Below, one piece after another: positions 48,414-57,837 of a DNA stretch of 64,000 nucleotides. Location of the stretch: contig MGFX01000001.1 of NCBI GenBank assembly GCA_001792115.1, positions 304,705 to 368,704 of the forward strand. The letters are read 5' to 3'. Position numbers and translations under genes: made by a program. The notes under the pieces were generated by a model that saw nothing but the letters and a program-made list of their open reading frames with translations, did no database searches and had not been told where the DNA came from. This stretch comes from Candidatus Woesebacteria bacterium RBG_16_42_24 (GTDB taxonomy: Bacteria > Patescibacteriota > Microgenomatia > UBA8517). How positions within the stretch are numbered: the stretch's first letter is position 1; the number at the start of each line of letters is the position of its first letter.

Positions 48414-49336
48414 AGCTGACCCAGAGAGAATTTCTTTACGGCCTTATCGTTTCATTCTTTTTGATAGCAAGTTCGGCCCTCGCATTGTCCAAAAAAGAGA
48501 TTAATGTAGCCCCTTTACCCCAAAAGCCCTTAACCACCGTCTATTCCTCCCTTCCGGTGCTCGCCGAAAAAGGGGAGTTTCCAATACTTTCCGCACAGTC
48601 AGCCCTAGCGGTTGATTTGGCCTCGGGAGTAGTCCTATATGAGAAAAATCCTGATACGCCTTACTTACCGGCTTCAACCACTAAGATTATTACGGCTTTA
48701 GTTGCGATGGATTATTACCCGATGGATGCAGTTCTTACGGTTGACAGAATCGGAGTTGCTGGTCAAAAAATGGGATTGGTTGCTGGTGAGCAGATTAGTG
48801 TAGCAAGTCTTCTTGACGGCCTTCTTATTTTTTCTGCTAACGACGCGGCCGAAGTTTTGGCAGATAACTTTCCCGGTGGGAGGGAAGAGTTTGTTGAGGC
48901 CATGAATATTAAAGCCGAGAGGTTTAATTTGGATAATTCCTATTTCACAAACCCTACTGGTTTGGATGGAGACTCTCAAGTGGCAACAGCAAGAGACTTA
49001 ATAAGAATTGCTGAAATTGCAATGAGAAATGTCAAATTCGCAAGAATTGTCGGTACTAAGGCAAAAATTGTAACCAGTGTGGACGGGAGAATTGTCCACA
49101 AGCTGACAAATATTAACGAGCTTATAGGTGAGGTTCCGGGAGTTTTTGGGGTTAAAACCGGCTGGACGGAAAATGCCCGTGAGAATCTAGTTACTTATAT
49201 CGAACGCGACAAAAGGCGCGTAATGATTACAATAATGGGTAGCCAAGATAGATTTGGGGAAACAAAGGAACTCATTAGTTGGATTTTTGAAAATTATAAG
49301 TGGGAGGAAGTAAAGTACCCCACTCACTCTCCGTAA
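48410..49336 (+). CDS. dacA: D-Ala-D-Ala carboxypeptidase (peptidase S11)
   Basis: ASTTK, SAN, NPTGLD, KTG. Confidence 0.93.
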   Translation: MKLTQREFLYGLIVSFFLIASSALALSKKEINVAPLPQKPLTTVYSSLPVLAEKGEFPILSAQSALAVDLASGVVLYEKNPDTPYLPASTTKIITALVAMDYYPMDAVLTVDRIGVAGQKMGLVAGEQISVASLLDGLLIFSANDAAEVLADNFPGGREEFVEAMNIKAERFNLDNSYFTNPTGLDGDSQVATARDLIRIAEIAMRNVKFARIVGTKAKIVTSVDGRIVHKLTNINELIGEVPGVFGVKTGWTENARENLVTYIERDKRRVMITIMGSQDRFGETKELISWIFENYKWEEVKYPTHSP

Positions 49337-50370
49337 TAATCCGAAGTAACCGCGGGGACGTAAGCGACAAATCCATTGTCTCCCTCAAAAACTACGATTG
49401 GTTGATAGAAGTCAGAGGCAACCGGCGGGTCGTAGTAGGCAAGGTAAATGCGTCTTATGACTATATTCCCACTCTCGTTTTGACCGAGTTTGGCGACATA
49501 ACCAGCCTTGGCCTTTAGTTCATCAAGCGCCTGCTGCCCGGTTTTTATCGGGTAGGTTGCAAATTTCGTCGGGTCAACTTTGAAGTAATGATATTCTCCA
49601 CCCACCATATTTTGTCCGGCGCCGCTTACTATAAACCAGACATTTGCCTCGTCGGGGGTTAAAGTAAGTGCCGGAAGTTCATCGTAGTCTTTTCTGAAGA
49701 GATTAACCTTGATGAGATTTGCATCAGAGAGAGATAGGGCTGAGATAAATTTTCCGCCCTCGATTCTTAAAAATTCGTGTTTGGTGGGGCCACCAAGATC
49801 CTCTGTTAAAAGTCCTCCGCGAGAGATGAAATTCCGGACTTGGGAGACGGCAATTTCAGGTACGGGGGGTCTCTTCTCAAGAATGGTTGGATCAGCTGCG
49901 ATGTCATAACTTAGCGAAAAAACGCCTGTAATGATGTTTATTTCAAGGCTTGACGGCGCGCTTCTATGGGGAAAGCGATAAAGTGTTTCTGAAGCTGGCT
50001 GCCCCTCCGGATTAAATCCCAGGCCAGAAACGGTCCTCTTGGTTTCCTCTAGATTTAGTTGAGTTTGTGAAGAACGGGGCATAAAGTAGACTTTTGCCTG
50101 ATTTGCGAGATCTTTGAAAGTTGGAACTTTGCCATCCGGAGTTTCGACGCCGTAGGTTAATTCCGGCAACCCCTGATTTTCTGGTAGAGAAAGCTTGGGG
50201 AGTTTCCCGAAAGCGACTGTAGCAGGAGGCGGAGGGGGAGGAAAAACTCTTTTATAAATATTTATAGCCAGGTCGAAAACTATCTTGCCAACTATCAAAA
50301 AAACCATGAAATAAAGGCCATAGCGGATAACTTTTCTGGCGATAATTGCGGTCTGGGTCAGGGAAGCCAC
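49324..50370 (-). CDS. Hypothetical single-TM exported protein
   Basis: TM + polyPro, FGKLP, C-terminal YLAYYD...YQPIVVF; 348-aa clean ORF. Confidence 0.75.
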   Translation of the reverse strand: MASLTQTAIIARKVIRYGLYFMVFLIVGKIVFDLAINIYKRVFPPPPPPATVAFGKLPKLSLPENQGLPELTYGVETPDGKVPTFKDLANQAKVYFMPRSSQTQLNLEETKRTVSGLGFNPEGQPASETLYRFPHRSAPSSLEINIITGVFSLSYDIAADPTILEKRPPVPEIAVSQVRNFISRGGLLTEDLGGPTKHEFLRIEGGKFISALSLSDANLIKVNLFRKDYDELPALTLTPDEANVWFIVSGAGQNMVGGEYHYFKVDPTKFATYPIKTGQQALDELKAKAGYVAKLGQNESGNIVIRRIYLAYYDPPVASDFYQPIVVFEGDNGFVAYVPAVTSDYYGE

Positions 50371-50410
50371 GCTTTGAGTATAGCCTCGGGGGTGCTAAAA
50401 TTCAATCAGG

Positions 50411-51769
50411 ATGGATGATATTCGAACCCGTTTTGCCCCAAGCCCAACAGGCCCACTTCATATTGGGGGACTTCGTACCGCGCTTTATTCTTACGCCCTA
50501 GCGAAACACGACTCCGGCGATTTTCTGTTAAGGATTGAGGATACTGATAAAAAACGTGAGGTTCCGGGAGCTAAGGAGAAAATTCAAGAACTCCTTAGAG
50601 AGTTCGGTCTTATATGGGACGGGGAAGTAGTTATCCAATCAAAAAGAGTCGAAGAAGGGGTTTATAAGAAGCTGGCCGAGAAATTGGTTAGCGAAGGACA
50701 CGCCTTTTACTGCGATTGTAAAGCCAGAAACGCCAAAGAAGAGGGATATTCAAAAGACCTTCGCGACCCGTGCCGTGATAAAGGGAAAGCTAGCGGCGCA
50801 ATTAAACTGAAAGTTCCCGATGGAGAAAAAATCGCATTTACCGATTTTGTTTTGGAGAAGGAGGTTTTTTGGGACTCATCGACAGTTTCCGATACAACCC
50901 TTCTTAAATCCGACGGATTTCCCACCTATCACCTGGCGGTTGTAATTGATGATAATGACATGGGAATTACCCACGCCCTAAGGGGGCACGACTGGATGCC
51001 GTCAACCCCCATACACCTTTTAGTCTATAAATATTTGGGTTATAAATTACCCGAAATCGGGCACTTGACCGATATTTTAGATCCCGAGGGAGGAAAGTTA
51101 TCTAAAAGGAAAGGGAGTACCTCGGTTGAGGCACTCCTTAATGAAGGATATCTGCCCGAATCCATACTAAACTTTGTAATGCTCCTTGGCTGGGCGCCGA
51201 AAGACAATCGTGAACTTTTTAGCCTGCAAGAGTTTGTCAAAGCATTTGACCCCAAAGGTTTCCAAAAATCAAACCCGGTCTTTAACCGAGATAAACTTGA
51301 TTGGTTCAACGGACATTATATTCGTCAACTTGCAGCTGACGAATTAAACTCAAAACTCAAAGCTCAAAACTCAAAATTTGCAGGTTTGGACAAAGAAAAG
51401 CAATTCGCAATTTCAAATCTTGTTCGGGAAAGGATAAATAAGCTTTCGGATTTTGACGAGCTGGCTGGGTTTTTCTTTGAGGAAAGGAAACCTGACATTA
51501 AACTATTCGGACCTAAACATAGGGAGCACCTGCAATCCGCCAACGAAGTTTTAGAAAAAGTTGAGAATTGGGAAAAGGAAGAGATTGACCAGAAGCTTTT
51601 GACTCTAATTAAGGATAAAGAATTCAAAACAGGGGATTTTTTTATGGATTTAAGAGTTGCAATTTGCTCAAGTAAGATTACTCCACCAATAAACGATTCA
51701 GTTGTAATTTTAGGAAAAGAAGAAACAATAAGGAGAATAAGAAAAGTTTTATCTAGCTTGACGAACTGA
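50411..51769 (+). CDS. gltX: Glutamyl-tRNA synthetase
   Basis: RFAPSPTG.LHIGG, LRIEDTD, PTYH, KLSKR. Confidence 0.98.
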   Translation: MDDIRTRFAPSPTGPLHIGGLRTALYSYALAKHDSGDFLLRIEDTDKKREVPGAKEKIQELLREFGLIWDGEVVIQSKRVEEGVYKKLAEKLVSEGHAFYCDCKARNAKEEGYSKDLRDPCRDKGKASGAIKLKVPDGEKIAFTDFVLEKEVFWDSSTVSDTTLLKSDGFPTYHLAVVIDDNDMGITHALRGHDWMPSTPIHLLVYKYLGYKLPEIGHLTDILDPEGGKLSKRKGSTSVEALLNEGYLPESILNFVMLLGWAPKDNRELFSLQEFVKAFDPKGFQKSNPVFNRDKLDWFNGHYIRQLAADELNSKLKAQNSKFAGLDKEKQFAISNLVRERINKLSDFDELAGFFFEERKPDIKLFGPKHREHLQSANEVLEKVENWEKEEIDQKLLTLIKDKEFKTGDFFMDLRVAICSSKITPPINDSVVILGKEETIRRIRKVLSSLTN

Positions 51770-51798
51770 CCAAGTAACGAATTAACGAATAACGATTT

Positions 51799-52767
51799 AT
51801 GGGAAAGCTGCCTACACAAACATATCACGAGATAGATGAGGAGAGAATTGATTTTGAGTTTCTTCGGAATAAATTAAAACTCAAGCAAATCGAAGCCAAA
51901 AGGGCTTTTTCAGAGAAATATCCCCACGCTATCAATTTTCTTCTAGAGAAAGGGGTTCAGCTTGAAAAAATTCGCGAACATTCGGCCAGGATTTTGGGTG
52001 CTGGGGCAATGGCTGGAAGCCTTCTTTTAACTCCTCCCTCTGGTACCAAAGCCCTTCCTCCCCCCCACGAGATAATAGAGAAAATTAAAGCAGCCCAAGC
52101 TGCGCCAATTACACCACCGCAAGAGATGCTGGTGGCTACACTTACAGAACATTTACCAGAAAAAACCCGACCCTTGAGCCGCGAAGAAGAAAAATATTTA
52201 GAGCGGATTTTTAATGAGGTTGTGGGAGTTTCGGCTAGGGCAACTCTCGAGGGGGAACACCTTAATACCACTTACGGACTAATTGGGGCGGAGCAGCACC
52301 TAAGGCTCTTTCCCGGGGACACAATAGCTAACCACAAGCCATATCTGAAAGAAGGAATAGCCCCGGGTCGCGGAGCTTGGGGTTTCTTTGCCCCATCGAA
52401 AACCGAGTTAACAGCCGATTTAGAAGAGAAAGAAAGATGGTATGCAGTAGTGCAGACTCTTTATTTGCCCGATTGGAATAAGCGTCAACCCTACTTAAAA
52501 AACTGGTATAAATATCGAAAGGTCCTAATGGTTAATAGTAAAAATGGTAACGCTGTGGTCGCGGCAGTTGCCGATTCGGGTCCGGCCGCTTGGACGGGCA
52601 AGCACTTTGGGGGAAGTCCGGAGGTTATGGAATATTTGGGAGGGCCAAGATATAAAAAGGGCCCGGTAATTGTATTTTTTGTGGATGACCCTGAAAATAA
52701 AATTCCCTTGGGGCCGGTGGAATATAATAAGATAAATATCGCAGGATTACCTGTAATGGAAATTTAA
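51799..52767 (+). CDS. Hypothetical protein with C-terminal RlpA/DPBB-like motif
   Basis: VLMVNSKNGNAVVAAVADSGP resembles RlpA VTN..NG.SVVV.INDRGP. Confidence 0.6.
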   Translation: MGKLPTQTYHEIDEERIDFEFLRNKLKLKQIEAKRAFSEKYPHAINFLLEKGVQLEKIREHSARILGAGAMAGSLLLTPPSGTKALPPPHEIIEKIKAAQAAPITPPQEMLVATLTEHLPEKTRPLSREEEKYLERIFNEVVGVSARATLEGEHLNTTYGLIGAEQHLRLFPGDTIANHKPYLKEGIAPGRGAWGFFAPSKTELTADLEEKERWYAVVQTLYLPDWNKRQPYLKNWYKYRKVLMVNSKNGNAVVAAVADSGPAAWTGKHFGGSPEVMEYLGGPRYKKGPVIVFFVDDPENKIPLGPVEYNKINIAGLPVMEI

Positions 52768-52783
52768 TAATGACTAATTTCTA

Positions 52784-53110
52784 ATGTCAAAACTATACTA
52801 CGACCATTTAGTAGTTTTGGATGAGGTCGAAGCTGAGATTAAAAAATCTACCAAAACTTTGGAGGAAAAAGAGGAACTTTGGAAAGTGGTGGATGAAACT
52901 ATCCACCACAGGGTAATGGGATGTGTTCTTGATAAACTCCCCAGAGAGCACCACGAGGAATTTTTGCATAAATTTCATAAAGCACCCCACGATGAAAGTC
53001 TTATAGATTACCTAAAAGAAAAAGCCGGGGAAAATATAGAGGAGCTAATTCGCCAAGAAATAGGAAACCTCGCATTTGAGCTACTCCAGGAGATTCGAGG
53101 TAAGAAATAA
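52784..53110 (+). CDS. Hypothetical acidic, His-rich helical protein
   Basis: Clean 108-aa ORF, TAATG-coupled to the next gene. Confidence 0.75.
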   Translation: MSKLYYDHLVVLDEVEAEIKKSTKTLEEKEELWKVVDETIHHRVMGCVLDKLPREHHEEFLHKFHKAPHDESLIDYLKEKAGENIEELIRQEIGNLAFELLQEIRGKK

Positions 53111-53463
53111 TGGACAAAAACTTCGGCGGAGTAATTTGGACAAACCACGCACTTGATAAACTTAGCGAGCGCGGAATTAAACAAGGGGACGCATGGGCGA
53201 CATTCAATCGGCCTGAACAATCGCGAGCAGGTAGCGCCAAAGGCTCATGGATATATTACAGAACATACCCCATTTCGTCGAGACTTCGAGGGGCAGGTGG
53301 AAATGAAAGGATAGAGGTTGTTGCGACCAAAAATGAAAAAGGGGAATGGGTTATTCTTTCCGTTTGGAGTCGGCCGGTATATGGAAGCCGGGGAGAGAGA
53401 GCAAAGTCAGAAAAGAGAGAACCTATTTGGAAAATGATGGTAAGGCAAATTTTGGGAAGATGA
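53110..53463 (+). CDS. DUF4258-like protein
   Basis: WTNHALDKLSERGI...IEVVA...WVILSVW. Confidence 0.7.
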   Translation: MDKNFGGVIWTNHALDKLSERGIKQGDAWATFNRPEQSRAGSAKGSWIYYRTYPISSRLRGAGGNERIEVVATKNEKGEWVILSVWSRPVYGSRGERAKSEKREPIWKMMVRQILGR

Positions 53464-53483
53464 GCGAAGAATTTGAGGATTCA

Positions 53484-53506
53484 TGTATGATAAGATGATA
53501 TATCAT
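53484..53506. repeat. AT-rich palindromic motif copy 2
   Basis: TGTATGATAAGATGATATATCAT identical to 42310-42332. Confidence 0.7.
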
Positions 53507-53576
53507 CATATCATCATCTTCGAATTAGTTAATTAAACTATATTTCTTCTAGTAAAACTAATAAAAAAAAGAGCTA

Positions 53577-53678
53577 GCGCCTGAGGGAAAAGATGAGTTT
53601 GGGAGTTGAATGTGGTTGCGACCACGGCTTAGTGTTGCTGGTCGCAAACACTTCAACTCTTCACTCGCCCTCAGGCGC
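53577..53678. other. 102-nt rod-like imperfect hairpin
   Basis: GCGCCTGAGGG/CCCTCAGGCGC, GGGAGTTGAA/TTCAACTCTT, GCGACCA/TGGTCGC. Confidence 0.8.
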
Positions 53679-53729
53679 CCTTTTCTTATACAGATTTGGC
53701 TTAGAGCCCTTTTGCGGAAGTTTTCTCTG

Positions 53730-53975
53730 CTAGACCAGGCGGTTCAGGAGTTCCACGATACCGAGGATCAGACCGACAAAGAACAATAGCCCACCGAGGG
53801 CCATTACGATCATTGCTCCGATATGGCCTCGAAAGAACGCAGAGAACCCCGAATTCCTGGAGGTGGAAAACACCCTCATCATGTTGAAGCCGGCGAAAAC
53901 GAAGGCACCAAAGCCGATGACGAATCCGCCTATGACAAGAACGAGCCAAGTGGACCTCGCGATCCTCCTCTTTCT
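53730..53975 (-). CDS. Small two-TM membrane ORFan (start uncertain)
   Basis: WLVLVIGGFVIGFGAFVFAGF...MIVMALGGLLFFVGLILGIV. Confidence 0.5.
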   Translation of the reverse strand, partial: RKRRIARSTWLVLVIGGFVIGFGAFVFAGFNMMRVFSTSRNSGFSAFFRGHIGAMIVMALGGLLFFVGLILGIVELLNRLV

Positions 53976-54022
53976 GGGTTCGTGCTGAATCGGACAAGTC
54001 CGACCGATAACGGGGTCGGCGG

Positions 54023-54259
54023 TTAACCAGGGTTTGGTAACTTCCCGGTCAGCCTTGCGCGCATCAGTGCGACGCAAGCCTGATATGAAGCCGAGGATCC
54101 TCCATAACCTCCGGTCTGACTGATGACAAAGTATCTGTCAAGTTCTTTGTTTGAAATCGTGTTGTCTCTGACAGCGGGCCAGAACACACCTGGATTATCC
54201 AGGTTTCGTACCAAGATCGGGTATTCCTTTTTGAAGTACTCCTGGACCGAGCTGTACAT
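54023..54259 (-). CDS. Small ORFan (probable start MYSSV)
   Basis: SD AGGGAGGT before the ATG; 78-aa frame. Confidence 0.55.
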   Translation of the reverse strand: MYSSVQEYFKKEYPILVRNLDNPGVFWPAVRDNTISNKELDRYFVISQTGGYGGSSASYQACVALMRARLTGKLPNPG

Positions 54260-54329
54260 GTCAACCTCCCTGGTCGATAACGGGGTCCTTGTCAGCTTTC
54301 GCTGCCTATTGCAAGTGCTCAGCTCAAGA

Positions 54330-54551
54330 CTAGGGTAGAGCTGGGAATGCCGGCAAAGCACCAATCAGGAAAATGAAAGTACCTAACAGAAAGGTGATCA
54401 TTACCAAGATAGTGATTTTCGATTCCATGAAATGGAATGGTCTATCGAAAAATACTCTGCCCAAACCATAAATCAGGTAGGGTATGAACACGAAGACCGC
54501 TCCCATAACGAGTACCCCTCCAACATAAAACAAAATCTCAGAGATAGACAT
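54330..54551 (-). CDS. Small two-TM membrane ORFan
   Basis: SD GGAGGTG; two hydrophobic helices. Confidence 0.6.
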   Translation of the reverse strand: MSISEILFYVGGVLVMGAVFVFIPYLIYGLGRVFFDRPFHFMESKITILVMITFLLGTFIFLIGALPAFPALP

Positions 54552-54741
54552 TTCCCACCTCCATGGGATTGAGCAGGCATAGGTTGCCTTCGAATGGATA
54601 GCGCGCTGGACACTAAAAAAATGTCCACGGTGCTACCCACTCGAAACATATTTCCGCAACTTGTCAAAGTACAAGAAGCCCAAGTCTATCAAAAATCTTA
54701 TCCAAATTCAAGCTATGGGGTATTCTGACTCACCTAATGTA

Positions 54742-54766
54742 CTTTGCAAGGCGAGGCCTTGCGAAG
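54742..54766. repeat. REP palindrome downstream of the RAYT gene
   Basis: CTTTGCAAGGCGAGGCCTTGCGAAG. Confidence 0.85.
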
Positions 54767-54772
54767 CTAAAA

Positions 54773-55483
54773 CTAGTCGATTGCGAGTTCCGTAATAGAA
54801 GAATTTTTCGTAATAGAGCCCAATACGAATTTTTCGTAAGACAGATTCTTATTAGTTTTCGAAAAGAAAGTTAAAATATTTTTGGTATATAGCCATTTTG
54901 TAGTTCTTAATCTCAAGTATTCTGGTAAAGAAGACGGACAACTATTTAGAGTCCACAAGGCCTCGCCTTGATGAACATGGAGAGTTTGTCGTTTTGCTCC
55001 AATGGGATTTCTATGTATATAGGCCGAAAGATGTAGAAGTTGTTCATCGTTATCAACAAGTACAGCCTTATACACACCTTGGTAAAGTGGTCCCACTCGT
55101 TGATATTTACGATTAAAATACATAACATATCTTGTGTTGATTGAATTCATGAATTCATCGATTGCACCGCGCGATTTTTGCGATAAAAGTAGATGGAAGT
55201 GGTTAGGCATCAAACAGTAACAATGAAGCGTTATCTCTTGATAAAAATTATTGAGACGAAGTTCTTTAATTAATCTATCCTTTTCTCTCCATGTTGTAGA
55301 TAGTGCTGCTATCTTTTGTTGTATTGACTTTTCGTTTTTGGGTAAAAGGTAAGTTTTTAAATAAGACAGGAAAACCCCACTATCTTGTGTGTCGCAGAAA
55401 ATAACTCTTTTTTCTACACCGCGGTTATAGATATGGTAATAGCTATTTGAAACGTAATTCTTACGAGTGTTTTTTCCAGGCAT
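54773..55483 (-). mobile_element. REP-associated tyrosine (Y1/HUH) transposase, RAYT
   Basis: YYHIYNRG, CLMPNHFHL (HUH), YIHRNP catalytic Tyr; flanked by REPs. Confidence 0.93.
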
Positions 55484-55512
55484 ATCGGTATAATATATTG
55501 AGTATTTTAATT

Positions 55513-55533
55513 TCGCAAGGCGAGGCCTTGTGA
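55513..55533. repeat. REP palindrome upstream of the RAYT gene
   Basis: TCGCAAGGCGAGGCCTTGTGA. Confidence 0.85.
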
Positions 55534-55581
55534 TACTCGAGGCTTCAAGACGAGAGAGTATAATTGGATGGAGATAAGGAT

Positions 55582-55953
55582 ATGAAAGGATTTAGCGGAA
55601 ATATCGAAGAATTAACCGAAAAGAACGAGTTTTTTCGCCAAGTTATTTTTACCGCTCCCCACAGTCAGCTTGTTTTGATGAGTCTAAAACCCAAGGAAGA
55701 AATTGGGGAAGAGGTCCACGACGTTGACCAGTTTTTTAGATTTGAAGAAGGGGAGGGAAAGGTGATTATAGACGGGGTGGAATCGGTGGTTAAAGACGGC
55801 TGGGCGGTAGTCGTTCCTGCGGGAGCCAGACACAATGTCATTAATACTTCCGAAACCCAGAGCCTAAAACTTTATACGATTTACTCTCCAGCTCAGCATC
55901 CGGAAGGTACGATTCATAAAACCAAAGAAGAGGCGCTTGCCGCGGAAGAATAG
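55582..55953 (+). CDS. Cupin domain protein (probable start MKGFS)
   Basis: QLVLMSL...IGEEVH, DQFFRFEEG, VPAGARHNVIN, KLYTIYSP. Confidence 0.92.
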   Translation: MKGFSGNIEELTEKNEFFRQVIFTAPHSQLVLMSLKPKEEIGEEVHDVDQFFRFEEGEGKVIIDGVESVVKDGWAVVVPAGARHNVINTSETQSLKLYTIYSPAQHPEGTIHKTKEEALAAEE

Positions 55954-55961
55954 GAGCATCG

Positions 55962-56240
55962 CTATCGGCCGAAGGCTTTTCTAAGTTCAACCTTGGCATC
56001 CTCAAGAATTTTTTTCTGTTTGGGCCCAAGTTTATTCCCAGCACGGTTAATGTAGAAATTAAGCATACTCATTGCCGAAGCATACGGCTCGGCCTTTCTT
56101 CTTAGGGAATTTTCTGCGGAGTTCTTAAGAGATTCGGCTATTTTTTTGGGGTTATCCCAAGTAAAAACTCCTTCTTCAAGGTCCAGGGCAATAGAGGTTT
56201 TGGTTACTTCTCCCGACCAGTTCTTTTTGCCGACTGTCAT
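55962..56240 (-). CDS. DUF3175 family protein
   Basis: ALDLEEGVFT, SAMSMLNFYINRAG.L. Confidence 0.88.
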   Translation of the reverse strand: MTVGKKNWSGEVTKTSIALDLEEGVFTWDNPKKIAESLKNSAENSLRRKAEPYASAMSMLNFYINRAGNKLGPKQKKILEDAKVELRKAFGR

Positions 56241-56308
56241 TCTTTAACTGCGAACCGTGGATTTATGGTGAGTTTTATCGAACCACAAGTTCGAACCTAT
56301 TTTATAAG

Positions 56309-56686
56309 TTATACTCCTCTTTCTAGCCGAACGTTTATAATCCTCGATCTAACAATAGGTTTATCATTCTTATCTACAAGAACAGCATAAATTTGATGAT
56401 CAACACCACCAAGGGTACAGCCTGTAAAGTTCCACTTACCGTCTTTTAGCGCTTTTCCTAAAGCCTGGGGGTAGTCTCTATCGGTTCTAATAACAATTAA
56501 AATTTTCCCCCTCCTGCTATCCTCAACTACTCCTGACACTATAATTTCTTTTTTGCTTTTTCCTAAATCTGTAAAGAAAGATTGATTATTAACTGGAGAA
56601 TCAATTTTAACTTCAGCGCTTTCTTTAACAGATTCCAACCACCCTTTATAACTTAAGTCAGGTGAGCGAAAATCTCCAATTGTCAT
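56309..56686 (-). CDS. Hypothetical Ig-like beta protein
   Basis: IDSP, VSG, DGKWNF, HQIYAVL; TGGTAAAAT just upstream. Confidence 0.65.
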   Translation of the reverse strand: MTIGDFRSPDLSYKGWLESVKESAEVKIDSPVNNQSFFTDLGKSKKEIIVSGVVEDSRRGKILIVIRTDRDYPQALGKALKDGKWNFTGCTLGGVDHQIYAVLVDKNDKPIVRSRIINVRLERGV

Positions 56687-56815
56687 TGTTCCTATTTTAC
56701 CAAATTAATGAGTCCTTAAGAAAGCTTATCTTCGCTACGGGCTATAGCACTGAGGGAGCGAAGCGAATCGAGGTGCTGGGTAGGTTGGCCTAGAACCGTT
56801 TGTGCCCATAAGCGC

Positions 56816-57652
56816 TTATATTATTCTGTTGCCGCCGCCAACGAAAAACCTCTGACCCGTAAGCCATCTTGCTTGTTCAGACGCCAGAAAAACCGCAACG
56901 TCAGCAATATCTTCCGGATGGCCAATTCTTCTTAAGGGATTATTTTGTGCGTTCGCTTCCTCCACTTTTTTTGACATCCATCCGGTCTGTATTGGACCAG
57001 GCCCAATAATATTTACTGTAATACCGTATTTCCCCAATTCTACAGCTGCTGCTCTACTAAAGGCTTCGGTCGCGGCCTTACTGGCACCATAGGAGATTTC
57101 TGTTGGAAAACAATCGGCCCAGTCTGTACTGATATTTATAATCCGACCCCAATTTGCTTTTCTTGAAACATGACGGCTAACAAACTCCTCCATCAAAAAC
57201 ACCGGAGCCGTCGTATTAACCGCAAAATGGCGCTCATATTCTTTCAGTGTAATGGGATCTGAAGTAGCACCTGTCTTTTTCTCGACAAAATTTCGTGGTT
57301 CAAAAGTGTCTGGATTACAATAAGCGGCATTATTTATCAAAATTTCTACCGGTCCAAAAACTTTCTCTGTTTTATCAAAGAGCTTTTTAATTACAGAAAA
57401 ATCAGTTAAATCTGCCTCCATTGCCTCAGCCTCTCTACCACTTTTACGAATTTCACTGACAACTCTGTCCGCGGATTGACTCTGATTTTTTATATAGGCA
57501 GATTCTCTCCACTTATCAATATTAGATGACCTTAAATAAGTGATGAAAACCTTAGCGCCTTGTTTGGCAAGAGCTTTAGCAATTGCCGCACCAATTCCAT
57601 GGTTGGCACCTGTAACCAAGACTACTTTATTTTTGAGAAGAGGATCTATCAT
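56816..57652 (-). CDS. SDR family oxidoreductase (FabG-like)
   Basis: TGANHGIG, INNAA, IINIS, YGASK, PGPIQT. Confidence 0.95.
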   Translation of the reverse strand: MIDPLLKNKVVLVTGANHGIGAAIAKALAKQGAKVFITYLRSSNIDKWRESAYIKNQSQSADRVVSEIRKSGREAEAMEADLTDFSVIKKLFDKTEKVFGPVEILINNAAYCNPDTFEPRNFVEKKTGATSDPITLKEYERHFAVNTTAPVFLMEEFVSRHVSRKANWGRIINISTDWADCFPTEISYGASKAATEAFSRAAAVELGKYGITVNIIGPGPIQTGWMSKKVEEANAQNNPLRRIGHPEDIADVAVFLASEQARWLTGQRFFVGGGNRII

Positions 57653-57837
57653 ATTACTATTTTAACAGTTTTAATTATACAGTTTGCGCGAGAGCTGCGG
57701 GAATAAGTCTACTTTGACTTTTGTATGTTCCCTCGTGCTGCTACACTCGGGATCTCGGCAACGCCTTGCCTCGAGCTGAGCGGGCTATAGCCCCGAGCCC
57801 GGTCGAGGGGCCGGTCTAGGACCTATTGGGATCATGA

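Noticed and set aside
53577-53678. SRP (4.5S) RNA
   Set aside because: Right size, but lacks the GNRA-capped domain IV with CAGG/AGCA on either strand
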